Shown in pieces: positions 10,301 to 20,550 of a DNA stretch of 64,000 bases. Source of the DNA: Candidatus Poribacteria bacterium (GTDB taxonomy: Bacteria > Poribacteria > WGA-4E > WGA-3G); contig CBDBFU010000002.1 in NCBI GenBank assembly GCA_965205025.1, forward strand, positions 64,001 to 128,000. Direction: 5' to 3'. A program made the translations under genes and the position numbers. Below the pieces are notes generated by a model. It made no database searches, had not been told where the DNA came from, and saw only the letters and a program-made list of their open reading frames with translations. The stretch's first letter is position 1. Every line of letters starts with the position of its first letter.

Positions 10301-13300
10301 CGTGGCTTCTGCGAACTTTATAATAATTGTACTGATAGACTCCGAAATATCTGTAACTTGATTTTGGACAAGTTCCGTAGGATTGCCTACAGTATTTGCT
10401 GTAACTGACGACACTTGTGGCATTTTAGAATCGTAAATAATTTTATACCGAGAATTCAGTCGATTTCCAGCTTTATCTATCAGCAGTACATTTAATGTAT
10501 ATATACCGTCCATACTTCCATCATTTGCGAATGGTTGGGTAAGCGTCAGATATAACTGCCCCGCAATTTCATCGTATGTCAGGGTGGCAAGAATTGAGTC
10601 TCCTGAAGAATCTTGTAAGGCAGCAACTTGAGAAGCTAAGTCAATACCAGATGGGCCAACATCTTCAATATTAATCACAAATTGACTTAATCCACCTCCA
10701 ATATAAGAAACTGGAGCATGTATTGTTAACGGTGTAGCTGAAGTTATACGAGGTGCTTGACTATCATAGATAAACTGCTGATTCACAACAGTTCCTGTTC
10801 GACCAGATTTATCTACAGGTGTGATAGTAACAGCGTATGTACCATCGGCGCTACCATCTGTTGGGAGTGGTGTCGCTCTCCAAGTCAACTGATCTGATCC
10901 GTTGGATGTGGTAACACCAGACACAAGCATGCCTTCAGAATTCTTCACAACAATTGTTGAACCGTCATCTTCAAGTGATAAGGCAATACCATTGTTATCT
11001 GAGAATGTGGCAATTATTATAGGAATAGATTTACTTACGTAAACAGTCGATCCAGGTTTTCCATCAATTAGAACAGAACTGACCGAGGGAAGTGGAAAAA
11101 CAAGTCTAAACTGGTATTGAGTAGCATTTTTAGCGATATTTCCTGTTATATCTTGTGGTGTAACTGAAAGTGTATACACACCACTTTGCATTAACGGTAC
11201 AAAGCGAACTACCAACTGAGATGCCTCATCTTCTTCTGTTGTTACTGCAATTCCTTCTTCGTTTGGTCCCGTCAAAAGTATATTAGTATTCTCAAAGTCA
11301 ATCTGTGACGCATCGATGAATTCAAGTGTGAGGGCATTGACAGAATCCGAAAATTCAGTAACATCATGCTGAATGAGTTCAACAGATGTCTTTTCAGTAG
11401 TTGCTTTCACAGATGCTATTGCAGAAACTTGAAACTTGAGTTGGAAAGGATATATTACAGACCCTTGTGCAGCATTACCCGCTATATCTTGTGGGGTGAT
11501 AGAAAGTGTATACATTCCACCTTGCGTTAATGACACAAAACGCACATACAAATGAGTAGCATCAGTTTCCATACTCACAGGGATCTCTTGACCATTGTCA
11601 CCTGTTAGTGAGACACCTGTATTTTCAAAGTCAATTCGACTTGAATCTGTAAATACTAAGGTGAAGCTGCTCACTGATTCAAAAATATCGACAGTCTCGT
11701 AGGATATAAGTTCTACTGAACCCACATCTGTATTCGCTGCTACTGAAGAAAGACCGGGAACTTCAAACTTAAGACGAAACGGATACAAGACTGCTCCTTG
11801 AGCAGTATTACCTGATATATCTTGTGGGGTGATAGAAAGTGTATACATGCCACTTTGGGTTAAAGAAACAAAACGCACATTCAAACGATTAGCATCAACT
11901 TCTAAACTGATAGGTATCTCTTGACCGTTGCCACCTGTGAGACTCACACTTGTATTCTCAAAGTCAATCCGATTTGAATCCGTAAATACAAGTGTAAAAC
12001 TGTTGATGGACTCTGAAATATCAACAGCCTCGTAGGATGTAAGCACTACAGAACCCACATCTGTATTCGCTGCTACTGAAGAAAGTCCGGGAACTACGAA
12101 CTTAAGGTGGAAAGGATATAGGACTGCTCCTTGAGCAGTATTACCTAATATATCTTGTGGGGTGATAGAAAGTGTATACATGCCACTTTGCGTTAAAGAA
12201 ACAAAACGCACATACAAATGAGTAGCATCAGTTTCCAAACTCACAGGGATCTCTTGACCATTGTCGCCTGTTAGTGAGACACCTGTATTTTCAAAGTCAA
12301 TTCGACTTGAATCTGTAAATACTAAGGTGAAGCTGCTCACTGATTCAAAAATATCGACAGTCTCGTAGGATATAAGTTCTACTGAACCCACATCTGTATT
12401 CGCTGCTACTGAAGAAAGTCCGGGAACTTCAAACTTAAGACGAAACGGATACAAGACTGCTCCTTGAGCAGTATTACCTGATATATCTTGTGGGGTGATA
12501 GAAAGTGTATACATGCCACTTTGCGTTAAAGAAACAAAACGCACATTCAAACGATTAGCATCAACTTCTAAACTGATAGGTATTTCTTGACCGTTGCCAC
12601 CTGTGAGAGTCACGCTTGTATTCTCAAAGTCAATCCGATTTGAATCCGTAAATACAAGTGTAAAACTGTTGATGGACTCTGAAATATCAACAGCCTCGTA
12701 GGATGTAAGCTCTACCGAACCCACATCTGTATTCGCTGCTACTGAAGAAAGTCCGGGAACTACGAACTTAAGGTGGAAAGGATATAGGACTGCTCCTTGA
12801 GCAGTATTACCTAATATATCTTGTGGGGTGATAGAAAGTGTATACATGCCACTTTGGGTTAAAGAAACAAAACGTACATTCAAATGAGTAGCATCAGTTT
12901 CCAAACTTACAGGGATCTCTTGACCATTGTCGCCTGTTAGTGAGACACCTGTATTTTCAAAGTCAATTCGACTTGAATCTGTAAATACTAAGGTGAAGCT
13001 GCTCACTGATTCAAAAATATCAACAGTCTTGTAGGATATAAGTTCTACTGAACCGTCAGTTGTATTCGCTGCTACTGAAGATAGTCCGGGAACCTCAAAC
13101 TCAAGCTGAAATGGATACTGTGTCGCACCTTGTGACACATTACCTGTTATATCTTGAGGCGTTATAGATAATGTATACAAACCACTCTGGGTTAAGGATA
13201 CAAAACTTGCAGTAATTTGGTCCACCCCATTGTTCTTTAGGGTGAGAGGTATTACTGAATTCTCCGGTCCCATAAGTGTTACAGTAGTATTTGAAAAATC

Positions 13301-16300
13301 AACGCCGGTAGACTCGGTAAATATGAGGGATACTTCATTTATAGTCTCTGATAAATTGGCAACCTCATAAGGTACAAGTTCCATCGGGGTTTCAGTACTC
13401 AGAGAAACTGAAGATATTTGCGGTGCTTGAGAATCGTAAAAAATGTCGTGTTCAGTCTGATATACATTACCCGCTTTGTCAACAAGTGTAATATTTAATG
13501 TATACTTCCCATCAGCACTCCCATCAGTTGGTAATGGATTAGATAGGGTGAAGAAAAGTTGGTTTGTTCCATCATGTGTGATTTCACCTTCAACGGGTTC
13601 GCCGTCCATCTGGTTTAAACCAATAATTTGGGAATCAATATCAAATGATGCTGGACCAATATCTTCAATAGCAAACTGCAACTGTGTCAAACTACCACCG
13701 ATATTTGAGATAGGTTGATGGAGGGTTGCAGGTGAAGAAGAGGTGATCCGAGGTGCTTGTGTATCATAAATAAACTCTTGATTGACAACTTTACCTGTAC
13801 GTCCGGCATTATCTATCGGTGTAATAGAAACAGTATATCTTCCATCTGCACTTCCATCGGATGGTAGTGCTGTGGTACTCCAGTTAAGTTGATCCGAACC
13901 ATTAGATTCTGTTATTCCTTGAATGATAAGTCCATTTGCATTTGTAACAACAATATTTGACTCGTCATCACCAAACGCTAATCCTACACCAGTTGGCTCA
14001 ATGAAAGTAGCAATTATGGAAAAATCAGTATCATTGACATATATAGTTGAGCTTGATTTTCCATCAATCAGAACTGAACTGACTGTTGGCAAGGCAATAT
14101 CAAGTCGGAACTGGTAGGGAATTGCTGTTTGGGCAGTATTTCCTGATCTATCCTGTGGTGTGACAGTTAGCATATAGAGACCGCTTTGCGTCAGTGAAAC
14201 AAACCGTACCACCAACTCAGTATCCACATTCTTTTCCTTGGTGATAGGAATCTCTTCTCCATTTATATCTGTCAACATTACCTGTGTATTCTCAAAGTCT
14301 ATCCTTGAGGCATCAGTAAAACTGAGTACTAAACTATTGATGGATTCAGTTATTTGAATAATCTCATGTTGTACAAGTTCTATTGAAGTATCCGCTGTGT
14401 TGGCGATTACAGATGATATGCCGGGAACATCAAACTCAAGTTGAAATGGATACTGTGTCGCACCTTGTGCCACATTACCTGCTATATCTTGGGGGGTTAC
14501 TGATAAAGTATATAAGCCTCCTTGTGTCAAGGATACAAAACTTACAGTCAATTGGTCCACCCCATTATTTTCTAAGCTAAGTGGAATGGACGAACCACCA
14601 GGTCCTATTAAGTCGATAACAGTATTCGCAAAATCAACGCGTGTCATCTCAACAAAATTAAGTGTAAGTTGGCTGATAGACTCAGAGAGATTGATGACCT
14701 GATAAGGTGTCAGTTCTAAAGGTGTATCTGTGCTCAAAGAGACCGATGACAGACTGGGGGCTTGCGAATCATAAAAAATGTCGTGTTCAACCTGATAGGA
14801 ATTTCCTGCCTGATCTACGAGGTTAACTGTCAGCGTATATTCTCCATCAGCACTCCCATTAGTCGGTAACGGTGCGGAAAGTGTATAGAAGATCTGATTA
14901 ATACCATCGTGTGTTATATGTCCTGAAACTGCTTCTCCATCTTTCTTTTGCAAACCAATTGTCTGAGCATCAAGATCAAGGAGGGCAGGACCAATATCTT
15001 CAACTGTAAACTGGAATTGTGACAAACTCCCACCAATATAGGAAATAGGTTGATGTAATGTCACAGGCGAAGATGCAGAAATACGAGGTAATTGTGTATC
15101 AAATATGAATGAACGAAATACAACATTCCCAGTTCTACCCGCTTTATCTACTGGCGTGATAGCAACAATATACTGTCCATCAGCACTGCCATCCGTCGGT
15201 AACGCTATGGGTCGCCAGATCAACTGATTAACACCTTTTGACGTTGTGATTCCTGGGACAGGCAGTCCTGATTCAGTGGTCACAACAATGCGGGATTCAC
15301 CTTCTCCTAATGCCAAACCTGTTCCAGTTGAATCAGTTAAAGTTGCTATAATCTCATCATCACTGCCATTAACATAGACAACCGCACCAATCTGACCACC
15401 AATCAATACTGACGTAACGACAGGCACATCTATATCTAACTGGAATCTATACACAAACGGTGTAGTAGAAACATTACCTATTCTGTCTATGGGTATAACC
15501 GAAAGGGTATATGTTCCAAGTTGGGCAAGGTTTTGAAATTCAAGTGTTAAATGGGTATTACCATCATCACTCCGATGTGATGCAATTTCTGTCGCACCAG
15601 GACCTGTTAACGTGACAACGGTGTTTTCAAAGTCAATATCTTGACTATCAAATCCAACAGTAATTTGTGAAAAAGCCTCAGATATGTCAGTTGTAGTATT
15701 AATTGAAAGGTTCAGTGGGGGATCTGTCCCAACCGAAACAGTGTTTATTCCAGGAAATTGGGTATCTAATACGAGAGAAAACTGTTGGGTATAAGATTGT
15801 CCTGAGAAATCAACAAAAACGACACTAACAGTATATTCGCCATCTGCAGTACCGTTTCGTGGAATTACAGCTTCTGTGCTCCAGGTTAACTGGTTATTTG
15901 CTTCATCCGCCTCAACCTTAGATTGTGGTACAGCGATTCCTTGTACGTCACTTACTGTTATGGTTGAATCATCAAAATTAATCCCTGAACCTATATAATT
16001 CTCAATTTCTACAGTGATGTCTCCCAAACTACTAACAGTACCGGTTTCAGGTGTTGTTAGTCTAATTTTAGGTTGTGTCTGGCTGACAAGGTAGAATTGC
16101 CGACGTACAACTGCCCCGGAATTCCCCGCAAGGTCTGTGGGGGTAATTTCGATTGTATAAGTGCCATCATCGGAACCATCTAAAGCAATCGGTTGTAATG
16201 GAGTGAGAGTAGCGGTATCTGTCCCATTGGTTTGAATATTTACAGGCACTTCCACCTGATTTTCCCCATCAGAACGTTTCAATTGGAAATTGCTCTGAGT

Positions 16301-18358
16301 AAAGTCTATTCCGCTGGTCACTTCATTAAGCTTGATAACAACTTCAGATAGATTCGAGACTGTTTGATTTGCTGCAGGAACTGTTGAACTTAGTGTTGGA
16401 AGTTGTGTGTCAAACACGAACCTATGGGGATAAGTTTCAGTATTTCCAAGTTTGTCTGTAGCTGTGACGTTAATAACATATTCACCATCTTGGCTGCCGT
16501 CGGTTTTTATAAGGGGTGTATTCAATATATAGGTAAGAACGTCATTGTTGATGTCTGGAAATGCACGACCCTCCCTTATGTCAAGGTCTCCATCTTCTTT
16601 GGGAATACCGAAAACAATTCGAGAGTTTTCAGCACCTGTAAAGACGACCCCAGTACCAAACTCTCCATCAGAGAAAGTCGCAACAAATTGGTTAATAGGG
16701 GAATTGTAATAAACTGTATCACCTAAGAAATTAAAGGGGTCTCCATCTCTGGACGGTTTAAGTGAAACAAGCTTCGGTGCAAGATTATCGAATAGAAAGG
16801 AAATCTGAATAGTCGAGGTATCATTCTCTGCTTTATCCTTCCCAATAATTTCTATAGTATATTGTCCATCCTGAAGTCCATCTTCTGCTAATAGAGGAGA
16901 CAGCAGGTTCCAACGTATTTTCCCATCAGCATGTTGGGATTGCTGTCCGACTATACGGCTTCCGTCAGGCCCAATCAGTCGTATAGATGACCCCGCAAGA
17001 TTCAGTTGGATGTTGTCTTCCAATTCGACTTCAACATAATTCGTCCTTCCGTTTACTCCGGTACCTGAAGATAATTCCCCTCTGTTGGTAGCAACGGTTT
17101 TTATGATAGGTGGAACGTTATCAAATGTAAATTTCACACTGTCTGAGGAAAGATTTCCGACTCTATCTGCGATAATGACAGTAACCTCATATTCTCCATT
17201 TTCTTGTAGGTCATCAAGCGGATTCTCAAGGGCAAAGGTAGGTTGATTACCATAAGTTAACGCACCCTTTATATCCTTACCTCCAACAGGTCTAATAGAT
17301 ATTTCTGTATCAGCACCACTCGGATCAAGAGGTGTCCCTTCTCCAGCATCTGCACTAAAACTAATTCTCTGTATAGAGGCATTGGTAAACATACCGTTTA
17401 CGAGTGATAATGAATCATTTAATGTAATACCTGTAATACGGGGCTTTTCGGTGTCAATTGTGATTTCTTCTGTTTTACTACTTATTACTTCATTTCCACC
17501 CTTATCTATTACACGGAGTCTTAATGTATATTTTCCATCATCAAAGGTTCTGCTTCCATAATCGTCCCCTTTCCATTGGTATGTATGACTACCACTGGAA
17601 ATATTTAGAGGAATAGGTCTGCCCGTTGAGGCATCCCCAGGAGATCTTTGGAATAGTAGCCACGATTTAGATACATCCTCGTCAATACTATAGTAAACAG
17701 GAAGAGAATATAAATCTGGTGAAAACTCATTAAAATTAAAACCAATATCAATTGTAATCTCCGGAGCTTTGGTATCTATAGTAACATCTGCTGTCAGTTC
17801 TAAAACCAATTCGACTGGTTGAACAACAGTTTCGACTTGTTCATCATCAGTTTCGACTAGTATAGGAGCAGTTTGCGGTGGTGGAGGATCAGGTGTAAGT
17901 TTGACCCGTATTGTATAGTCTCCATCCGGTAATTGCTCACGTATTGTACTACTTTCTCCATCAGATCCACGAACCTCCCCTTTTACTACCTTACCATCCC
18001 ATTGTAGACTTACAGTTTGGTTCTTTGATATATCACCCTTAGAAATATAACCAACATGATTATCCACAAGAACTTCATACGTATATTTTTGATTTTCACC
18101 GCCAAAATCACTGGTAGAAAAGGTGATCGTTAACTTTTCATTTGCTCCATTAAATACGGAATCCCCGTTGGCATCTACTGATAAATTTGTAAGTCCTGCC
18201 CAAGCCATTGGCTGCAAAACCAATAGAGTGAAAAATACATTAAAAATGATTATAGGTAACCACCTAAAACCAAACGGAAATATGAGCTTCTTTTTATTTT
18301 TGTCCAGAACCGATAAACAATTTATGATTTTTGACACGCGTTTCCCCCGATATCGCAA
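7376..18358 (-). CDS. Giant secreted Ig-like repeat protein (3660 aa) with FlgD-Ig-like N-terminal domains and T9SS-CTD-like C-terminus; start uncertain
   Basis: Signal-like segment ending MAWA; many DG(E/Q/T)Y..D.AGN / YDTQ.P Ig-like units; C-terminal WPNP...IYDWGG...WNLENQSG..VARGLY..R..A..G...GKI.VV. Confidence 0.85.
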   Translation of the reverse strand: MRYRGKRVSKIINCLSVLDKNKKKLIFPFGFRWLPIIIFNVFFTLLVLQPMAWAGLTNLSVDANGDSVFNGANEKLTITFSTSDFGGENQKYTYEVLVDNHVGYISKGDISKNQTVSLQWDGKVVKGEVRGSDGESSTIREQLPDGDYTIRVKLTPDPPPPQTAPILVETDDEQVETVVQPVELVLELTADVTIDTKAPEITIDIGFNFNEFSPDLYSLPVYYSIDEDVSKSWLLFQRSPGDASTGRPIPLNISSGSHTYQWKGDDYGSRTFDDGKYTLRLRVIDKGGNEVISSKTEEITIDTEKPRITGITLNDSLSLVNGMFTNASIQRISFSADAGEGTPLDPSGADTEISIRPVGGKDIKGALTYGNQPTFALENPLDDLQENGEYEVTVIIADRVGNLSSDSVKFTFDNVPPIIKTVATNRGELSSGTGVNGRTNYVEVELEDNIQLNLAGSSIRLIGPDGSRIVGQQSQHADGKIRWNLLSPLLAEDGLQDGQYTIEIIGKDKAENDTSTIQISFLFDNLAPKLVSLKPSRDGDPFNFLGDTVYYNSPINQFVATFSDGEFGTGVVFTGAENSRIVFGIPKEDGDLDIREGRAFPDINNDVLTYILNTPLIKTDGSQDGEYVINVTATDKLGNTETYPHRFVFDTQLPTLSSTVPAANQTVSNLSEVVIKLNEVTSGIDFTQSNFQLKRSDGENQVEVPVNIQTNGTDTATLTPLQPIALDGSDDGTYTIEITPTDLAGNSGAVVRRQFYLVSQTQPKIRLTTPETGTVSSLGDITVEIENYIGSGINFDDSTITVSDVQGIAVPQSKVEADEANNQLTWSTEAVIPRNGTADGEYTVSVVFVDFSGQSYTQQFSLVLDTQFPGINTVSVGTDPPLNLSINTTTDISEAFSQITVGFDSQDIDFENTVVTLTGPGATEIASHRSDDGNTHLTLEFQNLAQLGTYTLSVIPIDRIGNVSTTPFVYRFQLDIDVPVVTSVLIGGQIGAVVYVNGSDDEIIATLTDSTGTGLALGEGESRIVVTTESGLPVPGITTSKGVNQLIWRPIALPTDGSADGQYIVAITPVDKAGRTGNVVFRSFIFDTQLPRISASSPVTLHQPISYIGGSLSQFQFTVEDIGPALLDLDAQTIGLQKKDGEAVSGHITHDGINQIFYTLSAPLPTNGSADGEYTLTVNLVDQAGNSYQVEHDIFYDSQAPSLSSVSLSTDTPLELTPYQVINLSESISQLTLNFVEMTRVDFANTVIDLIGPGGSSIPLSLENNGVDQLTVSFVSLTQGGLYTLSVTPQDIAGNVAQGATQYPFQLEFDVPGISSVIANTADTSIELVQHEIIQITESINSLVLSFTDASRIDFENTQVMLTDINGEEIPITKEKNVDTELVVRFVSLTQSGLYMLTVTPQDRSGNTAQTAIPYQFRLDIALPTVSSVLIDGKSSSTIYVNDTDFSIIATFIEPTGVGLAFGDDESNIVVTNANGLIIQGITESNGSDQLNWSTTALPSDGSADGRYTVSITPIDNAGRTGKVVNQEFIYDTQAPRITSSSPATLHQPISNIGGSLTQLQFAIEDIGPASFDIDSQIIGLNQMDGEPVEGEITHDGTNQLFFTLSNPLPTDGSADGKYTLNITLVDKAGNVYQTEHDIFYDSQAPQISSVSLSTETPMELVPYEVANLSETINEVSLIFTESTGVDFSNTTVTLMGPENSVIPLTLKNNGVDQITASFVSLTQSGLYTLSITPQDITGNVSQGATQYPFQLEFEVPGLSSVAANTTDGSVELISYKTVDIFESVSSFTLVFTDSSRIDFENTGVSLTGDNGQEIPVSLETDATHLNVRFVSLTQSGMYTLSITPQDILGNTAQGAVLYPFHLKFVVPGLSSVAANTDVGSVELTSYEAVDISESINSFTLVFTDSNRIDFENTSVTLTGGNGQEIPISLEVDANRLNVRFVSLTQSGMYTLSITPQDISGNTAQGAVLYPFRLKFEVPGLSSVAANTDVGSVELISYETVDIFESVSSFTLVFTDSSRIDFENTGVSLTGDNGQEIPVSLETDATHLYVRFVSLTQSGMYTLSITPQDILGNTAQGAVLYPFHLKFVVPGLSSVAANTDVGSVVLTSYEAVDISESINSFTLVFTDSNRIDFENTSVSLTGGNGQEIPISLEVDANRLNVRFVSLTQSGMYTLSITPQDISGNTAQGAVLYPFRLKFEVPGLSSVAANTDVGSVELISYETVDIFESVSSFTLVFTDSSRIDFENTGVSLTGDNGQEIPVSMETDATHLYVRFVSLTQGGMYTLSITPQDIAGNAAQGSVIYPFQLKFQVSAIASVKATTEKTSVELIQHDVTEFSDSVNALTLEFIDASQIDFENTNILLTGPNEEGIAVTTEEDEASQLVVRFVPLMQSGVYTLSVTPQDITGNIAKNATQYQFRLVFPLPSVSSVLIDGKPGSTVYVSKSIPIIIATFSDNNGIALSLEDDGSTIVVKNSEGMLVSGVTTSNGSDQLTWRATPLPTDGSADGTYAVTITPVDKSGRTGTVVNQQFIYDSQAPRITSATPLTIHAPVSYIGGGLSQFVINIEDVGPSGIDLASQVAALQDSSGDSILATLTYDEIAGQLYLTLTQPFANDGSMDGIYTLNVLLIDKAGNRLNSRYKIIYDSKMPQVSSVTANTVGNPTELVQNQVTDISESISTIIIKFAEATLVDFTNTTVSLLDPDDATIPINLENDGVSQLTLNFVGLTQIGQYTLTLIPQDVAGNTAQNPIQYSFILEFILPEIESIVIGDTVTLGSGDIAYVNADNLRIIANLLDPAETGLSFDVTTGSNILVATLDNIIVRGSTATNGTDLLVWEPITLSTDGSSDGRYAVYVTPVDKKGRSGNTGYREFIYDTQEPEITSASPINLSQPVSYISDSLTQLSFTLQDVGPADIILDDQKVSLRNQSGALISTQLTHDSNNQLYLTLDESLPLDGSRDGEYTVVTDFSDKAGNVLALEHPIIYDTQAPTLVSTVPANGAQLTEDITQIQVNLNDRGDSGIDWTLTTVTLVDPNGDTISGELTSNGRTQLTLRTNQLVADGRYEIRVQAVDRAGNGSNSVFENSFLLSRRLPAVLSTLPVTAPAEEAYTNEEVDQVEVRLETTDDNHLSTLRLLNADGQVVAGQQQRSSGRLVYTLIRPLATDGSEDGIYTIEFTPISASGRSGEVQQLTFTYDTQVPEIESEAITLVVSEPEVNNSLIEIKVAITDNQSGIDWENLDEDWINFERVSPNATEIEGRVSFDEQNNLIFRLTVPLADNGSADGKYRIEVTPVDQAGNGEETYEKVFTYDTSPPVIDPNSLLLNDLPLLTDITAEDYPSAISTTGGVVVQASVTDTGLGVNLSQSKIIITNPNGQEVSGTTHQNGVDTIIFKSDGLPIEGIYQVNVTGIGNDSELLGFAPKGSITTEFLYETTEPSGVVTDDGGKTELTDAPIPFQGTATDPQGVRRVPPQQGDGEIPIPASGVWLVEIVGTGPDGQPIEPVPAVDESDAQEQPWSRWTADFLPTRSGEYDLDLRVTDKAGNFAVYDIGEYTMSVSFSFSGNTFGWPNPLRHSKSDVAFFSFDLNAAAEENIELVLYIYDWGGDLVYSKTYTDIIPGERSDTHIKWNLENQSGTPVARGLYVFRLEAVNGAGNRANAVGKILVVD
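11430..13100 (-). repeat. Five near-identical 333-bp (111-aa) coding repeats in A-B-A-B-A order
   Basis: AGGATATAAGTTCTACTGAACC recurs at 11701, 12367 and 13033 (666-bp period); two unit variants alternate. Confidence 0.9.
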
Positions 18359-18607
18359 AGTTTATTCTATACCTAATCTCTTAACTCCGTGGAATTACAC
18401 ATAAGATCTCTTTTGAACAGATGGCAATCAACACAAAATGGATTCACACCAAGTACAGCAAGTACTACGTCTCATAGTGTTGGTGCACCCTTATATCTAT
18501 TTTAAGATGTCAATTTTTAACAGTCAGGGCATGATGTAAAATTGTTGTTAAGACGCAATATTTCAAATTAGGTTGATAAAAACCGATTCATCCTTAAAGC
18601 ATCGTTA

Positions 18608-18636
18608 TAGTTAGGCAGTTTAAACCTGCCTAACTA
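18608..18636 (-). terminator. Hairpin downstream of the Gfo/Idh/MocA gene
   Basis: TAGTTAGGCAG-N7-CTGCCTAACTA, 25 nt after the stop codon. Confidence 0.6.
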
Positions 18637-18661
18637 AGAATAAAAATTCTGAGTCCCTAAT

Positions 18662-19666
18662 TTACCCAATATCCCCGTTAGCAACCATAGTTAAGAGAGC
18701 AGAATCGTCTGCTGTAAGAGGTAAAGTAATCTTTGCCCGTTCTCTACTGGAGTGATAGGTTGCAAAAATAAGCTCTGTCGCCTGAATAGCTTTACGTCCA
18801 CTAAGTTCAGGTTCACGCCCCGTTTTAACGCTATCAATAAGATCAAGTACAGAAAGTGTTGTATCATTACCTTTAGGTGTAACATCGCTTAAATCTGGTA
18901 CTTCCCATTCACTTGAACCTTCACGTAGCATACGGACCGGAGCACCACCGCCAACATCAACGATACCTTTCGTACCAATAATTCGATTGGAAAATCCACT
19001 TAAAGAAACACCACCAGTTGTCAACAAGCCCTCAACACCATTTTTCCACCGTATCCATGATAAGCCACTTGTCTCAACTTGGGTACCAAAGACGATTCTT
19101 TCTTCTGTTACCCCTATTTGACCGATAACCCACTCTGCAGGTTCGTCATTATTATAAAAAAAGAACATATCGAACCAGTGTGTTCCCCAGTCAAGTAGAT
19201 TTGAACACGAACCCTCAAGCCGTCGTATGTCACCAATTGATCCATCATTAGCCAATTGTTTAGCTTTAATGAATTGCGCGCCAAAACGTCTTTGATGACA
19301 AAAAGTAATGACGACGTTATTGTCCTCGCAAGCCTGATAAAGTGCTTTGGCGTCCCCCCATGTAGGTGCCATTGGTTTCTCGGAATGTATGGCTTTGATA
19401 CCACTGTTTGCCGCAGCAATCACCATATCCCTATGAAGCGCAATCCACGTACAAACACTCACAAAATCAAGGGTTTCTTTTTCTAACATTTCATTATAAT
19501 CTTCATAAGTCCGTGGAACATCAAACTGTTTAGAGAAATTATCTCGTGCACCTTCAGCTGGGTCTGAACAAGCTACAATCTCAACATCTGGAGATGCCTG
19601 ATACCCTTGTGCATGGGCACGTCCACGACCACCACAACCTATAACACCTGCTTTAAAAGTTGCCAT
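18662..19666 (-). CDS. Gfo/Idh/MocA family oxidoreductase
   Basis: GVIGCGGRG, SEKPMA and DWGTHWFD motifs; start at MATFK. Confidence 0.9.
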   Translation of the reverse strand: MATFKAGVIGCGGRGRAHAQGYQASPDVEIVACSDPAEGARDNFSKQFDVPRTYEDYNEMLEKETLDFVSVCTWIALHRDMVIAAANSGIKAIHSEKPMAPTWGDAKALYQACEDNNVVITFCHQRRFGAQFIKAKQLANDGSIGDIRRLEGSCSNLLDWGTHWFDMFFFYNNDEPAEWVIGQIGVTEERIVFGTQVETSGLSWIRWKNGVEGLLTTGGVSLSGFSNRIIGTKGIVDVGGGAPVRMLREGSSEWEVPDLSDVTPKGNDTTLSVLDLIDSVKTGREPELSGRKAIQATELIFATYHSSRERAKITLPLTADDSALLTMVANGDIG

Positions 19667-19711
19667 ATATTTTCCTTTCAATTGAATAAATTCGTAGATT
19701 GTTCACTCTGT

Positions 19712-19873
19712 TGATACTTATTCCTGGTAGGCGGATAAATCCATGTGTTTTCGTCCACGCAGTTCAGCTTCCATTAGTATATCTGTAATTACAGCAGCAT
19801 CATTTACAGACATTCCGCATTTTTTCAAGTAAGATTCAGAGAGTTTCCGCGCTGCATCAATAGATATTTGCAC
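19712..19873 (-). pseudogene. Truncated 5' remnant of an Ldh_2 (type II malate/L-lactate dehydrogenase, YbiC/ComC-like) gene
   Basis: Minus strand reads MQISIDAARKLSESYLKKCGMSVNDAAVITDILMEAELRGRK and, with one extra A, THGFIRLPGI; this matches the family N-terminal A(D/E)LRG..(S/T)HG..RLP motif. Confidence 0.7.
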
Positions 19874-20173
19874 GTTTTTCCTATGTTCTTAGTATACATT
19901 TATTATACTCTACCATTAAATCTTAGGTAACTCAAGACTCTTTAGTGGCAGGGTAGGGTTATTTAGTAAGTGAATGGTAAATTTGTTAATATTTATCGTT
20001 TTGAAATGGTTGCACTTTCACGGAAACCTTCACGGAGCAATTTTACGAAGCCTTATTCTATATAGGTTTATAATTTTAATGATACCAATTCTCCGTGAAT
20101 CACATTCGTTAATTATACTATAACTCAATTGTATGTTGAGTGCTTATATGTTTTTCATACGAAGTGTATAGGG

Positions 20174-20245
20174 ACATAGCACTCCGCTGGAGTGCTAGAC
20201 TGTTCCGATATTGTTTTCTATAGACATAGTACTCCGCTGGAGTAC
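20174..20245 (+). repeat. Two tandem REP-like palindromic units
   Basis: ACATAG(C/T)ACTCCGCTGGAGT(G/A)C at 20174-20197 and 20218-20245; related inverted copy at 26271-26296. Confidence 0.7.
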
Positions 20246-20434
20246 GGTATTTTTGGTATAGAAAACTCAAAAAATAGACTTATCATTAGATTCTTAGTTA
20301 CCCCCTGAAATAGAATTGTCAAAATTATAGTAGTGAAGAATAAACTGTAATTCTCGAAAGGGTGTGTAAAGTTTTTGGCATGAATATTACGGAATCATAG
20401 GGTTCTTTTTTCCATGTATTATATTGAACCGAGG

Positions 20435-20467
20435 GTAATTTTACTGTAATTTTACTGTAATTTTGCT
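20435..20467 (+). repeat. 11-bp tandem repeat x3
   Basis: GTAATTTTACT GTAATTTTACT GTAATTTTGCT. Confidence 0.8.
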
Positions 20468-20517
20468 GTTTTTTGATGTTCACAATAGTAATATTTTAGT
20501 TATTTACGTGTTGAATA

Positions 20518-20550
20518 AAGTTACACTTTTTGTCACATGGTGTGACATTG
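20518..20550 (-). repeat. 33-bp palindrome-containing motif (copy 1)
   Basis: Reverse complement matches 31680-31712 with one mismatch; core TGTCACA-N3-TGTGACA. Confidence 0.85.

Noticed and set aside
11430-13100. Non-coding repeat array or CRISPR
   Set aside because: Units are 333 bp, in frame, inside the giant CDS
20174-20245. CRISPR array
   Set aside because: Only two palindromic units with a short gap and no cas genes; the same unit occurs singly at 26271, which fits a REP-like repeat
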